From: Scyliorhinus canicula
Taxonomy: Eukaryota
Length of the DNA stretch: 64,000 bases
NCBI RefSeq assembly: GCF_902713615.1
Contig: NC_052167.1
Span: 22,682,690 to 22,746,689 of the forward strand
Direction: 5' to 3'
Shown: piece after piece, positions 46,330 to 60,244 of the stretch
Numbering within the stretch: position 1 is the stretch's first letter
How the letters are laid out: the number at the start of each line of letters is the position of its first letter
Made by a program: the position numbers and the translations under genes
The notes under the pieces: model-generated
What the model was told of the DNA's origin: nothing
What the model saw: only the letters and a program-made list of their open reading frames with translations
The model's database searches: none

Positions 46330-48619
46330 ATCTGGGGGTAGAATGTGGCTCTCACAAGGAGTATTTGAGGTTAAAAGCATAGATGCATTTAGGAGAAAGC
46401 TGGATAAGGACATGAGAGAGAAAGGAATAGAAGGATATACTGATGGGGTGAGAGGAAGAAGGGGGTTCTTCTTGTCCATAAATGTCACCAATGGACTGGT
46501 TGGGCCAATTAGCCTCTTTCTGTGCTATAAAATGTAATGCTGCGGTTAAAAAGAATGCACGAGGATGATAATATCAGTTACATCCCAGACAGGGGTGGTG
46601 ACGGAGCATAGCCAATTATAAAAATTGGCAGTCATCGGTCCCAACTGATCATGCCATTCATACTTTCAATGGGGCTTCAGGCAGGAAATCAAAGATTCCA
46701 TGTGAAACAGATGCAAACTTTATTTAAATATGAAAATAGGCCGTGGAAGCCCTGCTTGGAATCTACTAACTGCAGAGGAATTTCTTCAGCCAGAGGGTGG
46801 TGGGTCTGTGGAACCCTTTGTACACTGAGGGTGAATTCAGAACGTCCAAATTACCTAACAGCACGTCTTTAGGGACTCGTGGGAGGAAACCGGAGCACAC
46901 AGACCATGGGGGAGAACTCCGGGTGCCCCGGTTTCCTCCCACAAGCCCCGAAAGACGTGCTGTTAGGTAATTTGGACATTCTGAATTCTATCTCAGTGTA
47001 CCCAAACAGGCGCCGGAGTGTAGCAACTAGGGGATTTTCACAGTAACTTCATTGCAGTGTTCATGTAAGCCTACTTGTGACAATAAAGATTATTATTATT
47101 ACCTGTAGAGCTGACCAGTCTTTTCTCACTCTTATCTCATCTACGTTCCATTTTTGCTTCCTGGCTGCTTATTCTTGGTTTTACACACTTTTATTGCAAG
47201 CATTAACGTTATCATGTTTTTGCTAATCTCCCCAATCGCTCATAAAGTTCCAGCTATCGTTGCGACCCTTTCCTGGTCAGGAAGTCTGTAACCTGTACAT
47301 CCTGTCTCACAGCTGGTCTGGAACACTACATCCCAACATTCCCATGATGTTTACCTATGTCGGGCCTCTTATTCATCCAGTTCAAATTTGCTCGGACAAT
47401 CTTGTTTTGACTTTTACGTTTTCTCCCTTCTGACTTTCTGCCTGCCTTTGCTTCTTGCTCCTAAGTTTTGGGTTGTCGCTCCAGGTTTTTAACACTCGGC
47501 TGAACAATTTCGAGAGGTGATCTCTTTGCAATCTTGACATTTTTAACTAAGTCCCCTCAGAACCTTTCCCAAAGAAAGCAAACCCCACCACCACCACACC
47601 CCAACCCCCCTCAAACTTTTCCCAAACTAAAATTCCTGTTATCCGTGAGTCATCACTGTTGCTCAGCTCACTAACCTCTGAAGAATGATAACAGCTTTTG
47701 ATGCATGTTTGAGTTTTGACTGTTGAGGAATGCCTGATGTGTTGCCAGCTGCGGCGCAACTTACACTTCTTGCCCCAGCTTCGTCAATTATTAACAAAGG
47801 TGTAATTTGGTTTGTGTGTTTGATCTGTTTGTCGGAGCTGCTCAGTTTGGAACTGAATACAGGCAGGCAGCTATAGGTTATAGGCAACAGTTAGGTTTGC
47901 CTATGGCGACAAACTGATTGATTTCAGTTTGCTTTTTCCAGTGTGGTCTTAGTTCCTTCAGGTAGCAGGCATTTTAAACTGAAGCATTGACTCATGAATT
48001 TTATTTGCCATGTGGAAATGGAACCTGCATCGACATGGTGCCTTTTGCAAGCTCAAGACATCCCACAGTGCTTTACAGCCAATGAGGTACTGAGGGTCCC
48101 AGGTTCGATTCCCGGTTTGGGTCACAGTGCAGAATCGGCATGTTCTCCCTGTGTCTGTGTGGATTTCCTCCGAGCGCTCCGGTTTCCTCCCACAAATCCC
48201 GAAAAACGTGCTTGTTAGGTGAATTGGACATTCTGAATTCTCCCTCCGTGTACCCGAACAGACGCCGGAGTGTGGCGACTAGGCGTGCAGTGTTAATGTG
48301 AGCCTAGTTGTGACAATAATAAAGATTATTATTATTTTTAAAATGGACAGATTTTTAATCAGTGAGTGAATCAAAGGTTATGGGGATAAGGTGGGAAAGT
48401 GTGAGGATTATCACATCAGATCAGTCATGATCACATTGAATGGCGGAGCGGATTCGATGGGCCAAATGGCCTACTTCTACATCTGATGGAAATGTAGTGA
48501 TTATTTAGCAATGCCTCACAATCACCAAGGCAGAAGGGCGTGCCCCCCCCCCCCTCCCCCCCCTGTCCTTCTTCCCACACGTTTCCACCCATCTCCGAGA
48601 GGGCAGAGAAGGCTGCAGT

Positions 48620-49100
48620 TTAGGCTGAGTATAAAAACTGGCCAGTCATACTACAGTTGTATAGAACTTTGGTAAGGCCACACTTGGAATATTGCGCACA
48701 ATTCTGGTCGCCACACTACCAGAACGGCGAGGGTGCAGAGGAGGTTTTCCAGGATGTTGCCTGGTCTGGAGGGTGTTAGCTATGCAGAGAAGCTGAATAG
48801 ACTCAGACTGTTTTCATTAGAAAGACGGAGGTTGAGGGCCGACCTGATGGAGGTCTACAAGATTATGAGGGGCATGGATAGAGTGGATGGGCAGCCACTC
48901 TTTCCCAGAGTGGAGGGGTCAGTCACCAGGGGGCATAGGTTTAAGGTCAGTGGGGCAACGTTTAGAGGAGACGTGCGAGGCAGGTTTATTACACCGAGGC
49001 TGGTGTGCCTGCAACGCGTTGCCAGAGGAGGTTGGCCAAGGTTGGTGTTATGTACATTACTTGGAGGGCCGAAGGGCCTGTTCCTGTGCTGTATTGTTCT
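48620..49100 (+). mobile_element. CR1 LINE 3' fragment
   Basis: [14 protein letters not shown]...TRGHRFK. Confidence 0.85.
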
Positions 49101-50269
49101 TTGCTGTTTGTTTCTGTGCAGAGGCTGCCGAATCTGCTGAGATTTTGCAGCACTCTGTTTTTATTATCGCTACCAACTTACCCTTAGCCAAGTGAGGGGA
49201 AGAATCAGAGCTATTTTCGTTAGCTGCCAGAAAAGCTTGGCTCAGCTTGCTTCTGATTTGTCTCTGAGGTCTATTCCCAGTCTTCCAGTGGCTCTGAAGT
49301 ACGGACCTGGACTACTTTTAAAATGTTCGCCATTCTATCTTTTGGGGTTTGTTTTAAGTCTGAAGCCTTTGACGGCACTTTCAAAGTACCGTCTCTCTTT
49401 CCTTCCTTTCACTGTGACACTAGCTCAATAGCAGCAACTTTCTTTTAACATAGAAGAAGCTTCCCAGAGGTGTAATCAGGCAAAAATGGATATTCTGCCA
49501 AAGGGGGAGATATTAGGCGGGAAGACTGTAACCTTGATGGAAGAAGTGGGTTTATGGTAGCATCTTAAAGGAGGAAAGCGAGCTGAAGGTTCAGAAGAGT
49601 TTAAGAGAGATGAGTTCTGGACCATGGGACCTAGATTGAAGCAATGTGCGGGTGTACAAGTTTCAGAATCAAAGGAACAGATAGCCCTGTGAAGAATTGT
49701 CGAACTGTTGATGGTTGTAGATAGGGAAGGGCTTAAATCAGTGGCATTTGTGTTGAGACCAGATTGTTATCTGTTGTTGCATTGAAATGTAATAACTGGG
49801 CAATTCAACTTTAAGCGCCTCCTCGTGAGGGTCTAGCGCTAATGTACAAATGTTTGGCAATGTTACTTTCAGGATATCGACCACTGAAGCTGACGGTACA
49901 AAGAGCATTTTGCTTTGCACAATTTAGAAGTTGAGTCTGACCTTCGTGGGAAGTGGAGTGGAACTCCTTCCTCCAGGGAGTCTCAGTCTGCTGTCAGGTC
50001 GGGAATCGAAGCTGCATTTAAACTGCATTGGAAGTGTTGGCGAAAAGTGAAACCAGTTTGCCGCAGTGCAGTAACACAAATCCATCTCTAATTCTTTGGC
50101 AACACCGTAACTCAATCTAGGCTGGGAATGGTTGCAAATGCTGAACTATTAGTTTTGCTGCATTGGGTCTAATCTCTGGGTGAGAGGTGTTGATGCTGAA
50201 TTATTGACAATGCTGCACTAAGTATATAAAAGCGAAATACTGAAGATTCTAGAAATCATGCAAAACCAT

Positions 50270-50630
50270 GGGGCAGCATGGTAGCATTGTGGATAGCACA
50301 ATTGCTTCACAGCTCCAGGGTCACAGGTTCGATTCCGGCTTGGGTCACTGTCTGTGCGGAGTCTGCACATCCTCCCCGTGTCTGCGTGGGTTTCCTCCGG
50401 GTGCTCCGGTTTCCTCCCACAGTCCAAAGATGTGCAGGTTAGGTGGATTGGCCATGATACATTGCCCTTAGTGTCCAAAATTGCCCTTAGTGTTGGGTGG
50501 GGTTACTGGGTTATGGGGATAGGGTGGAGGTGTTAACCTTGGGTAGGGTGCTCTTGCCAGGAGCCGGTGCAGACTCGATGGGCTGAATGGCCTCCTTCTG
50601 CACTGTAAATTCTATGTAAATCTATGTAAA
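50270..50630 (+). mobile_element. Full-length V-SINE, tail type A
   Basis: ggggcagcatggtagc head through (aaattctatgt)n end. Confidence 0.92.
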
Positions 50631-50924
50631 TGCAAAATAAAACCAGAAAATGCTCAGCTGGTCAGGCAGCATCTCTGGAGAGAAAAAAATGTGTCAATGA
50701 TTCCCGTTCATGATCTTTCATCATAACTAGGAAACGCTAGAGATGTGACAGGTTTTAAGCAAGTCTCAGTCATTTAAGATGCATCTAGACAGATGTATGA
50801 ACGGGCGGTGAACAGAGGGAAGTAGATCCTTGAAAAATAGGTGACAGGTTTAGATAAAGGATCTGGATCGGCGCAGGCTGGGAGGGCCGAAGGGCCTCTT
50901 CCTGTGCTGTAATTTTCTCTGTTC

Positions 50925-51610
50925 TTTGGCAGTCGCTCGGGATTGCGGATGACTTGCGTCCACTTCAGTTTGATGGGTTCTGTGATGGTTGGTGAGTCCA
51001 ATGCGCAATCTATAGATTCTGGCACATGTGGGGCAGGGGGGGTGCCTGGACCATTGGGTAAAAGAATTGTTTAGAGGTTTGTACGCTCTTTCCAACACCC
51101 TCAACCTCACCTCTGCATGCTCCCAGCGAAAGTCCTCTGTGTTCCCAAAGGAACTGTCTCCATTTTGGCCAGTCACAGGCCAGGGACCCCCCATGAGTCG
51201 GTGGGGAGTTTGACCTCTTCATGGGTGCATTGAGAACATCCATGAAGTGATGTCCTCCTCAGCGTTTACTGACACAATTGAGTTCTAAGTGGAGCAGTAG
51301 CTTTCGGGGGTCTGGCATGCGAGTGACATGTGTGGAACTGGTTTTGCATGATTAGCACTTTGATGCTGGGCACATTGTCTTGGGAGGGGACGCTGCTGTT
51401 GGTCCACCAGATTTGGAGGATCTTGGGAAGGAACCGCTGGTGGTACTTCTCCAGTGCTTTGAGGTGACTGCTGTTGGCTGTCCAAGTCTCCGAAGTCACA
51501 GCGCGGGGATCAGCGCCCCCTTGCAACCCATAAAGTTAGTCTTGAGTTTGAGATCCCATAGAATGGGATCCTGGACCTCAAAAACTTTCTTCCTCAGTCG
51601 GCCGAAGGGA
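50925..51610 (-). mobile_element. RTE-clade LINE 3' remnant
   Basis: SETWT...LEKYHQRFLPKILQI; C-terminal CPTC..RIGLTNH motif. Confidence 0.7.
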
Positions 51611-52101
51611 CACATTGGAAGTGACAAACAACTTCACCGTCTATATCTGCCTTCGTCGAGAGGAGGCTCCAAAGATGCGGGAAATGATCACGTTTCCCTG
51701 GATCTTTTGATTGATCCTAATCGACGGAGGGAGGTGTGCTGTGGGAGCTGGTTGGCAGAAGATCTTAGTTTTCTGGTGTTTAATCAAAGGCCTATTTCTT
51801 CCTACGCTGTTCTATAGTGTAGGTCAGATAGGCTTCAGATGGTTTCACAGGTCGGCGCAACATCGAGGGCCGAAGGGCCCGTACTGCGCTGTAATGTTCT
51901 ATGTTCTATGAGAAGGTGTCAAAAGTAACCTTGAGCGCAGTTTGAGTGAGCACATACACGTGCATCATCTACCAACTGAAATCCAGATGACTGAAGTTAC
52001 AGCGATTTTGGCTTTGAATTGAAGGTCAAACAGTTTCGCATCTGTTCTGGAAATTATCTCGACGCTTATGAGCAGTTTGCCGGAGGTGAGGTGCAGTAAT
52101 T

Positions 52102-52662
52102 GTGCGGAATCTGCACATTCTCCCCGTGTCTGCGTGGGTTTCCTCCGGGTGCTCCCACAAGTCCCGAAAGACGTGCTTGCTAGGGCAGCACGGTATCATT
52201 GTGGGTAGCACAACTGCTTCACAGCTCCAGGGTCCCAGGTTCAATTCCGGCTTGGGTCACTGTCTGTGCGGAGTCTGCACATCCTCCCCGTGTCTGCGTG
52301 GGTTTCCTCCGGGTGCTCCGGTTTCCTCCCACAGTCCAAAGATGTGCAGGTTAGGTGGATTGGCCATGATAAATTGCCCTTAGTGTCCAAAATTGCCCTT
52401 AGTGTTGGGTGAGGTTACTGGGTTATGGGGATAGGGTGGAGGTGTTGACCTTGGGTAGGGTGCTCTTTCCAAGAACCGGTGCAGACTCGATGGGCCGAAT
52501 GGCCTCCTTCTGCACTGTAAATTCTAAAAAAAAAAATTCTATGGACATTCTGAATTCAGCGTACCCAATCAAGCGTCGGAATGTGGCGACTAGGGGATTT
52601 TCACAGTAACGTCATTGAAGTGTTAATGTAAGCCTACTTGTGGCACTAATAAAAGATTATTA
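52102..52662 (+). mobile_element. Type A V-SINE (52182-52542) nested in a type D V-SINE
   Basis: D-type body resumes at gacattctgaattc after the A copy. Confidence 0.85.
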
Positions 52663-53367
52663 CATGTCAGGAAGCGTTGACCGTTTCTGCCTCCAGGAGC
52701 TGCCAGACCTGCTAAGTTTATCCAGCATTTCCTTTTTTTATTTCAGATTTCCAACATCCGTAGTATTTGGTTTTTATTTTTCGGGTGTATCTCTGGGTTG
52801 GACCTGAAGATTAAAAAAAATAATTTTCTGGGGTGCGAGTGATGCTGGCCTGTGTACCCTTAAATTGCCCCTCGAGGAGGGGGTGGTGAACTTTCCCTCC
52901 ACTCCCACCCTCCCATCTGTAGGTACACCCACAATGCTGTTAGGGAGGGAGTCCCAGGATTTTGATCCAGCGGCAGTGAAGGAATGGCCGGTATATTTCC
53001 AAGTCAGGATGGCGAGTGACTTGGAGGGGAACTCGCAGGCGGTGGTGTTCCCCAACCGGCAGAGGTCACAGGCTCGGAAGGAGCTGCCGGCGGGGGCTTG
53101 GCGAGTTGCTTGCAGTGCGTCCTGTCGACGGTACACACTGGGCTGGTCTAGCACAGGGCTAAATCGCTGGCTTTTAAAGCAGACCAGGGCAGGCCAGCAG
53201 CACAGCTCAATACCCGTACCAGCCTCCCCAAACAGGCGCCGGAATAGGGGCTTTTCACAGTAACTTAATTCGAAGCCTACTTATGACAATAAGCGATTTT
53301 CACTTTGTTCATTCATTTCACCGCTGACATTGTTGAAGGTGACGGATGTGGTGTCTGGCAATCAGGG

Positions 53368-53525
53368 TGATGCTGGGCTATTAGCAGTGCTGCCTTAAGT
53401 ATATCTGTACCTGGGGAGGGGTGATGATGCTGGACTATTAGCAGTGCTGCCGTGAGTGTATCTGTACCTGGGGAGGGGTGATGATGCTGGACTATTGGCA
53501 GTGTTGTGGAAGTATATCTGTGGAC
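53368..53525. repeat. About 58-bp tandem repeat, about 2.5 copies
   Basis: gtgatgctggactattagcagtgctgcc...tatctgtacctggggagggg repeated. Confidence 0.8.
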
Positions 53526-54164
53526 TGGGACGGTGTTGAAGTGGTGCCACACTGGGCTGTCTCTCCCTCCCTCTTTCTCTCTCTCTCTCTCCCCCCCCCC
53601 CCTCTCTCTTGCTAGCCTTGCAGCTTGCCTCCTCCCCCATGTCCCTGTGTACGTTGCTGCAGTCACGTAGGCTCTGGGTGCTGCTGGATGTCGGTGTTAG
53701 CGGCACCTCGCGGCTGCAGCAAGCTCCCGCTTCCACTTCCTCACTGGGCTCAGCCGCAATTGCAACACACGGCGTGTGAAACAGAAAGCGCAGGCGGGCC
53801 ATTGACAGCTCAGCAGTTGCATCCTCTTTAATGGCAGCGCTGGCCGGAGCGTGGGGAACGCCTGCCCGAACCCCCAGATTGAGCTTCTTCCCTTCTCCGG
53901 CAGTAAATTGCAAGGCAATTGTTTTTTTTTAGCATTGCATTTGTTTTTATGTCTGTGTCCCAGTCTTAGGAGCTGCAATAACAGCGGGAAGCTCCATGCT
54001 GAGCCCAGTGTGTAGTGAGCCGGAGGATTCAGCTCCCGTTTACCAGACGTCCCAACGCAAATTAAACATCTGAACTGGGTTCCACTTAATAGCTCTGCTT
54101 CACATTCGCCCTTGCCAACCCCCCCCCCCCCCCCCACACACACACACAGTAGGTGGCCTGGAGT

Positions 54165-54322
54165 CTCCAGGTATTCCGTATTATGTATTCTCTTGTATTT
54201 TCTTGAATTTTGTTTAATTCCCTTTTCTTCCATGTACTGAATGATCTGTTGAGCTGCTTGCAGAAAAATACTTTTCACTGTACCTCGGTACACGTGACAA
54301 TAAACCAATCCAATCCAATTCC
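54165..54322 (+). mobile_element. Rex1/Babar-type 3' tail
   Basis: gcagaaaaatacttttcactgtacctcggtacacgtgacaataaa(ccaat)n, homologous to the 44435 tail. Confidence 0.7.
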
Positions 54323-54674
54323 AAACTCATAGAATTTACAGTGCAGAAAGAGGCTATTCTTCCCATCGAGTCTGCACCGGCCCTTTGAAAGAGCACCCAC
54401 TCCTCCACCCTAATCCTGTAACACCACCTAACCTTTTGGGCACTAAAGGGTAATTTAGCACGGCCAATCCACCTAACCCGCACATCTTTGGACTGTGGGA
54501 GGAAACCCACGCAGACACGGGGAGAACGTGCAGACTCCGCACAGTCACCCAAGGCCGGGATTGAACCTGGGACTCTGGAGCTGTGAGGCAGCAGTGCTAA
54601 CCACTGTGCCACCCCTCATTTCCAGGCATCACTGAAATTAGCAGAGGTGATAATAGCTTTAGCTGTTTCAACAA

Positions 54675-55015
54675 AAGTGGTATTGTCACTGGACTAGCAA
54701 TCCAGAGAGCCGGAGCAAGATCCAGGTGCGAATCGCGCCACGGCAGATGGTGCAATTCAATAAAAGTCTGGAATTAAAAGCCTAACGACTTCCATAAAAA
54801 CCATTGCCGATTGTCATAAAAACCCATCTGTTCCACGATTGTCCTTTAGGGAAGGAAATCTGCCGTCCTTACCCTGGCCTGGCCTACATGTGACTCCAGA
54901 CCCACAGCAATGTGGTTGACTCTCAAATGCCCTCTGAAATGGAGGGCACTTAGGGCCAGCAATAAATGCTGGTCCAACCACCGACCCACACGTCCCGTAA
55001 AATGAATTAAAAAAA
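54675..55015 (+). mobile_element. Older tRNA-like SINE of a different family
   Basis: tRNA-like head and ttagggaaggaaatctgccgtcctt core; related pieces near 10620-10860 and 55690-55760. Confidence 0.5.
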
Positions 55016-55819
55016 AATACATCTGTTTGCTCGTCACAACAATATCAAAACATGGGACGGGAACAGTCATTGAGAATCCACTGAAGTATAAAGTTTATTC
55101 ATTTTCTGATTAAATAAAAAGTGCTGAAAATACTCAGCCGGCCTGGCAGCATCTGTGGGGAGAGAAGTTCGATGTTTTGAGTGGAATATGAGTCTTCAGA
55201 ACCTTCCAAACCCACGACCGCTGCCATTTCGAAGGACAAGGGCAGCAGACACGTGGGATCACCATTACCTAGATGTTCCCCTCCAAATCACTCACCATCC
55301 TGACTTAGAAATATACCACCCTACCTTAACTATCGCTGTGTTAAAATCCATAAAATCTGCACTGACCCTCTGAAAGAGCAGCCTATCTAGGCCCACTGCC
55401 CCGCCCTATCCTTGTAACCCCACCTAACCTGCACATCATTGGAAAGCTAAGGGACAATTTAGCATGCCCAATCCACCTACCCTCCACATTTGTGGACTGT
55501 GGGAGGAAACCCACGCAGACACGAGGAGAACATGCAAACGCCACGCAGTCATCCGAGACTGGAATTGAACCTATGTCCCTGGCACTGTCAGGCAGCTGTG
55601 CTAACCACTGTGCCACTAGGCCTCCCTACCTAACAGCACTGTGGGTGTACCTACACCTCATGGGCTGCAAGTGGTTGAAGAAGGCAGCTCACCACCATCT
55701 CGAGGGCAATTAGGGATGGGAGATGAATGCTGGCCTTGCCAGAGACGTCCACATCCCATAAATGAATAATTTTTTTATAAAGGATGGTAGAAATATGATG
55801 AGTTTTATGCCATTGGAAG

Positions 55820-56750
55820 GGGAGGAAGAGGAAATACATAATATTGGCTGCTCACAATGTGGTCTCCTGCACATTGGGGAAACCAAAGACAGACTGGGTG
55901 ATCACTTTGTGGAACACCTCCACTCAGTCTGCAAGCATAACCCCCGAGCCTCCGGTCGCCTGCCATTTCAATGCACCATCTCGCTCCCACGCTCACATAT
56001 GTGTCCTTAGTGTTCCGGTGAAGCTCAACACAAGCTTGAGGAGCAACACCTCATCTCTGGGGCAGCACGGTAGCATAGTGGTTAGCACAAATGCTTCACA
56101 ACTCCAGGGTCCCAGGTTCGATTCCCTGGCTTGGGTCACTGTCTGTGTGGAGTCTGCACATCCTCCCCGTGTGTGCGTGGGTTTCCTCCGGGTGCTCCGG
56201 TTTCCTCCCACAGTCCAAAGATGTGCAGGTTAGGTGGGTTGGCCATGATAAATTGCCCTTAGTGTCCGAAATTGCCCTTAGTGTTTGGTGGGGTTATGGG
56301 GATAGGGTGGAGGTGTTTACCTTGGGTAGGGTGCTCTTTCCAAGAGCCGGTGCAGACTCGATGGGCCCAATGGCCTCCTTCTGCACTGTAAATTCTATGA
56401 TTCTATGATTCCAGTTAGGCACTTCACTTGCTGCCGACCTAAAAGTTGTTTTTCGTGGTTTTGCTTTTGGACAGAGCTGTTCAACATTCTGCCTTTCACA
56501 TTCACTCTGGGCCAACGCTTTCTTTCCTTACCTCCACCACTGCCACTCCCGCTGCCTTTTGTTCCATGACATTTTTGTTCTTTAATTTCTCCCGCCATCA
56601 CGCTATCCCAGACCTTTCCTTAGGCTCCGCCTCCCTTCCTAAGCAGAGTCATATTCGACTCAACACCGCAACTCTGTTTCTCTAATCACAGATGCTGAGT
56701 GTTTCCAGCACTTGTGCTTTTTATCTCGGATTTCCAGCATCTGCAGAATT
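55820..56750 (+). mobile_element. Penelope-like element remnant (GIY-YIG endonuclease and 3' end), with a V-SINE at 56059-56410
   Basis: CSQCGLLHIGETKDRLGDHFVEHL...VACHFN. Confidence 0.75.
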
Positions 56751-57170
56751 TTGATTCTATTTCACATCTGATTGGATTGGGAAGGAGCCTCAGAAGGTTT
56801 GACATGTCGGTTAACCAGTGGCAGGAGATTAGGGGGCTGGACACAGAGGCAGGGGTTTGTGATGACCGCTCCAGGAATACATGGGACCACTGGTCTAGTA
56901 TGAAGATATCAAGCATTCAGAGGACAGAAAAGAGTGTTTTATCATGCCTTTGTTACGATCCCAAACTGACAGTCAGGTCCCAGAATGGAAACCTGCCTCA
57001 ATACACCATGACTTTCACTATTTGTTTAGAGACACAGATGAATAGTCAGAGGGCTGCCAATTAACTTTAAACAAAAGAATAAAACCTTTATTAAACATGA
57101 AGAAATTTGACAGTAACACAATACTCCTTCACCCTTCTATAACCTCACAGATTTTTAAGGATAACACAAG

Positions 57171-57792
57171 TGTTATGGGCCAGGGTTTAGAGAACCCCAA
57201 AGTGTATCGTGGAATTCACCTGACCCACAACTTTTAATAGATTGTGGTATGGGGAGCACACGGCCCACTCTAGGTGTGGTACAGCAGAAATGGAAAAGTT
57301 TTTTTTTAAAGCAAAAAAAAATGTTTATTCTATGAACTCAAGTTAACCTTTTTAAAACATACAGTGAACATCTTAGCAACCATCAATTCAAATACAACCC
57401 CCAAAGACTACAACACTAAGTAAACCTTTAGGCTTTCTCTTTTTAAGATCCATACGACTTAAAAACAAAACCTTTATCAGAAGCACATCAGGTTAAAGTC
57501 ACTACTGAAAACATTTATAATTCTGAATTCGCCAAATGATCAAGAGATAGTCTTTTGATGGCAGAGAGAACAGCAGTACACCTGCTTGGTCTGGCTTCAA
57601 CTCCAACACTGAAAATGAAAATAAAACACACCCTGCAACAAATGTTAAAAGCTGACAGACAGCCCAGCTCCACCCACTCTCTGACATCACTGCAGTAGTA
57701 AACACCTATTTCTTAAAGGTACTCTCACTACAGATATTTACATACACACCCATTTATAAACACCCATTTCTTAAAGGTACTCTCACAGCACA
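57171..57792 (-). mobile_element. Solo LTR
   Basis: TG...CA with CAAG direct repeat on both flanks; internal duplication of atttcttaaaggtactctcac. Confidence 0.65.
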
Positions 57793-58494
57793 CAAGTTTG
57801 TTCTTGGTGAGTACACAGTCCATGTGTACAGGCTAACTGTAATCATACATAGAACATAGAACAGTACAGCACAGAACAGGCCCTTCGGCCCTCGATGTTG
57901 TGCCGAGCAATGATCGGGGTGGCACGGTGGCGCAGTGGTTAGCACTGCTGCCCACGACGCTGAGGACCTGGGTTCGATCCCGGCCCTGGGTCACTGTCCA
58001 TGTGGAGTTTGCACATTCTCCCCGTGTCTACGTGGGTCTCACCCCCACAACCCAAAGATGTGCAGGTTAGGGGGACTGGCCACGCTAAATTACCCCTTAA
58101 TTGGAAAAAAAATAATTGAGTACTCTAAATTTATATTTAAAAAAACAAAGGCTGCAAATGAAGCAGGATGCCTAAGGCTTTCACAGTTTTGATCGTCCTA
58201 TTCTGATATCTCCCTCCGATTATCCATATAAACTGCAGTTTTCTGCTCTGACCACGAGCATGCTCTCTGTCGCTGCCCAGACATACACCGTGATAATAAT
58301 AATAATCGCTTGCCCTTGTGGCATTCGTTGTAATATTGAAGGAAATTCATATTGACGTACACTTTTGTCCCGTTTTGCTGTGGTGTCACTACATGTGTTA
58401 TAAGATGGTATGTTTTAGAAAATACAGGGAAATAAATTGGCACAGATTGTTACAAACAGGCAACGCCTATGCAATTGGGATAGCATAGGGATAC

Positions 58495-59200
58495 ATACAT
58501 AGAAGATAGGAGCAGGAGGAGACCTTTTGACCCTTCAAGTTTGCTCCACCATTCATTTTTTAAAATAAGTTTAGATTACCCAATTCATTTTTTCCAATTA
58601 AGGGGCAATTTAGCGTGTTCAATCCACCTACCTTGCACATCTTTGGGTTGTGGGGTCGAAACCCACGCAAACACGAATGTGCAAACTCCACACAGACAGT
58701 GATCCAGAGCCGGGATCGAACCTGGGACCTCGGCACCGTGAGACTGCAGGGCTAACCCATTGTGCCACCGTGCTGCCCTCTGCTCCGCCATTCATCACGA
58801 TCATGGCTGATCATCCAACTCAATAGCCTAATCCTGCTTTCCCCCATAGCCTTTGAACCCATTCTCCCCAAGTGCTATATCCAGCCACCTCTTGAACATA
58901 TTTGATGTTTTAGTTCCTACTACTTCCTGTGGTAATGAATTCCACAGGCTCGCCACTCTTTGGGTGAAGAAATATCTCTTTATCTCTTGTCCGAAATGGT
59001 TTACCCTGAATCCTCAGACTGTGACATCTGGTTCTGGACACACCCATCATTGGTAACATCTTCCCTGCATCGACCCTGTTTAGTCCCAATAGAATTTTAA
59101 TAAGTCTCTGAGATCCCCTTTCATTCTTCTGAACTCCAGTGAGAACAATCCCAACCTAGTCAATCTCTCCCCATATGACAGTCCCGCCATCCCTGGAAGC
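58495..59200 (-). mobile_element. CR1 LINE 3' fragment with a nested poly-A V-SINE (58556-58778)
   Basis: PGMAGLSYGERLTRLGLFSLEFRR; CR1 3' UTR; SINE TSD tgctccRccattca. Confidence 0.85.
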
Positions 59201-59265
59201 AGTGAATACTTCCTCAATCTGCCTGTTAAGTGGCGATGCTGCAGAATTGGGAAGAAGGTTAATAA

Positions 59266-59574
<309 letters not shown>

Positions 59575-60244
59575 TAAAACATGAACACCAGACCTTGTAC
59601 TGCGCAGCTAAAGCACTTAGCCTTAATGAAAATGCTGTTTGATCCTGGACTAGAGGGAAAAGGCAACTTGGATTTATTTAGTACCTTTCCCAAACCTCAG
59701 GATGGCCAAAAGCGCTTTGCAGCCAATGAGGTACTTTTGAAATCTAGATACTTTAGTCATGTAGGAAAATTGGTGACCAATTTGCACATAATAATGTCCC
59801 GTAAACGGCGACGGAAACACAAAATGCTAGAAATTCTCTGCAGTTGAGTACCCAGTTCATTTTTCCAATTAAAGGGCAATTTAGCGTGGCCAATCCACCT
59901 ACCCTGCACATCTTTGGGTTGTGGGGGCGAACCCCACGCAGACACGGGGAGAATGTGCAAACTCCACACGGACAGTGACCCAGAGCCGGGATCGAACCTG
60001 GGACCTCAGCGCCGTGAGGCTACTGCGCCACCGTGATGCCCTAATTCTCTGCAGATCTGGCAGCATCTGTTCAGAGAGAGGCAGAGTGGGATTTTCTGGC
60101 CTGTCTCAGGAAACTCTTGCCCTAAGTATCAGCCTGATGACCTTCCGTCGGAAGTTTGGGATTTACTAAGTTTTAAGCAAGTGAAAGGGGATGGTGGAAG
60201 GACGGGTAAAGGGACGTCCTGGGAGAAAAAGGAGAGATTCAAAG

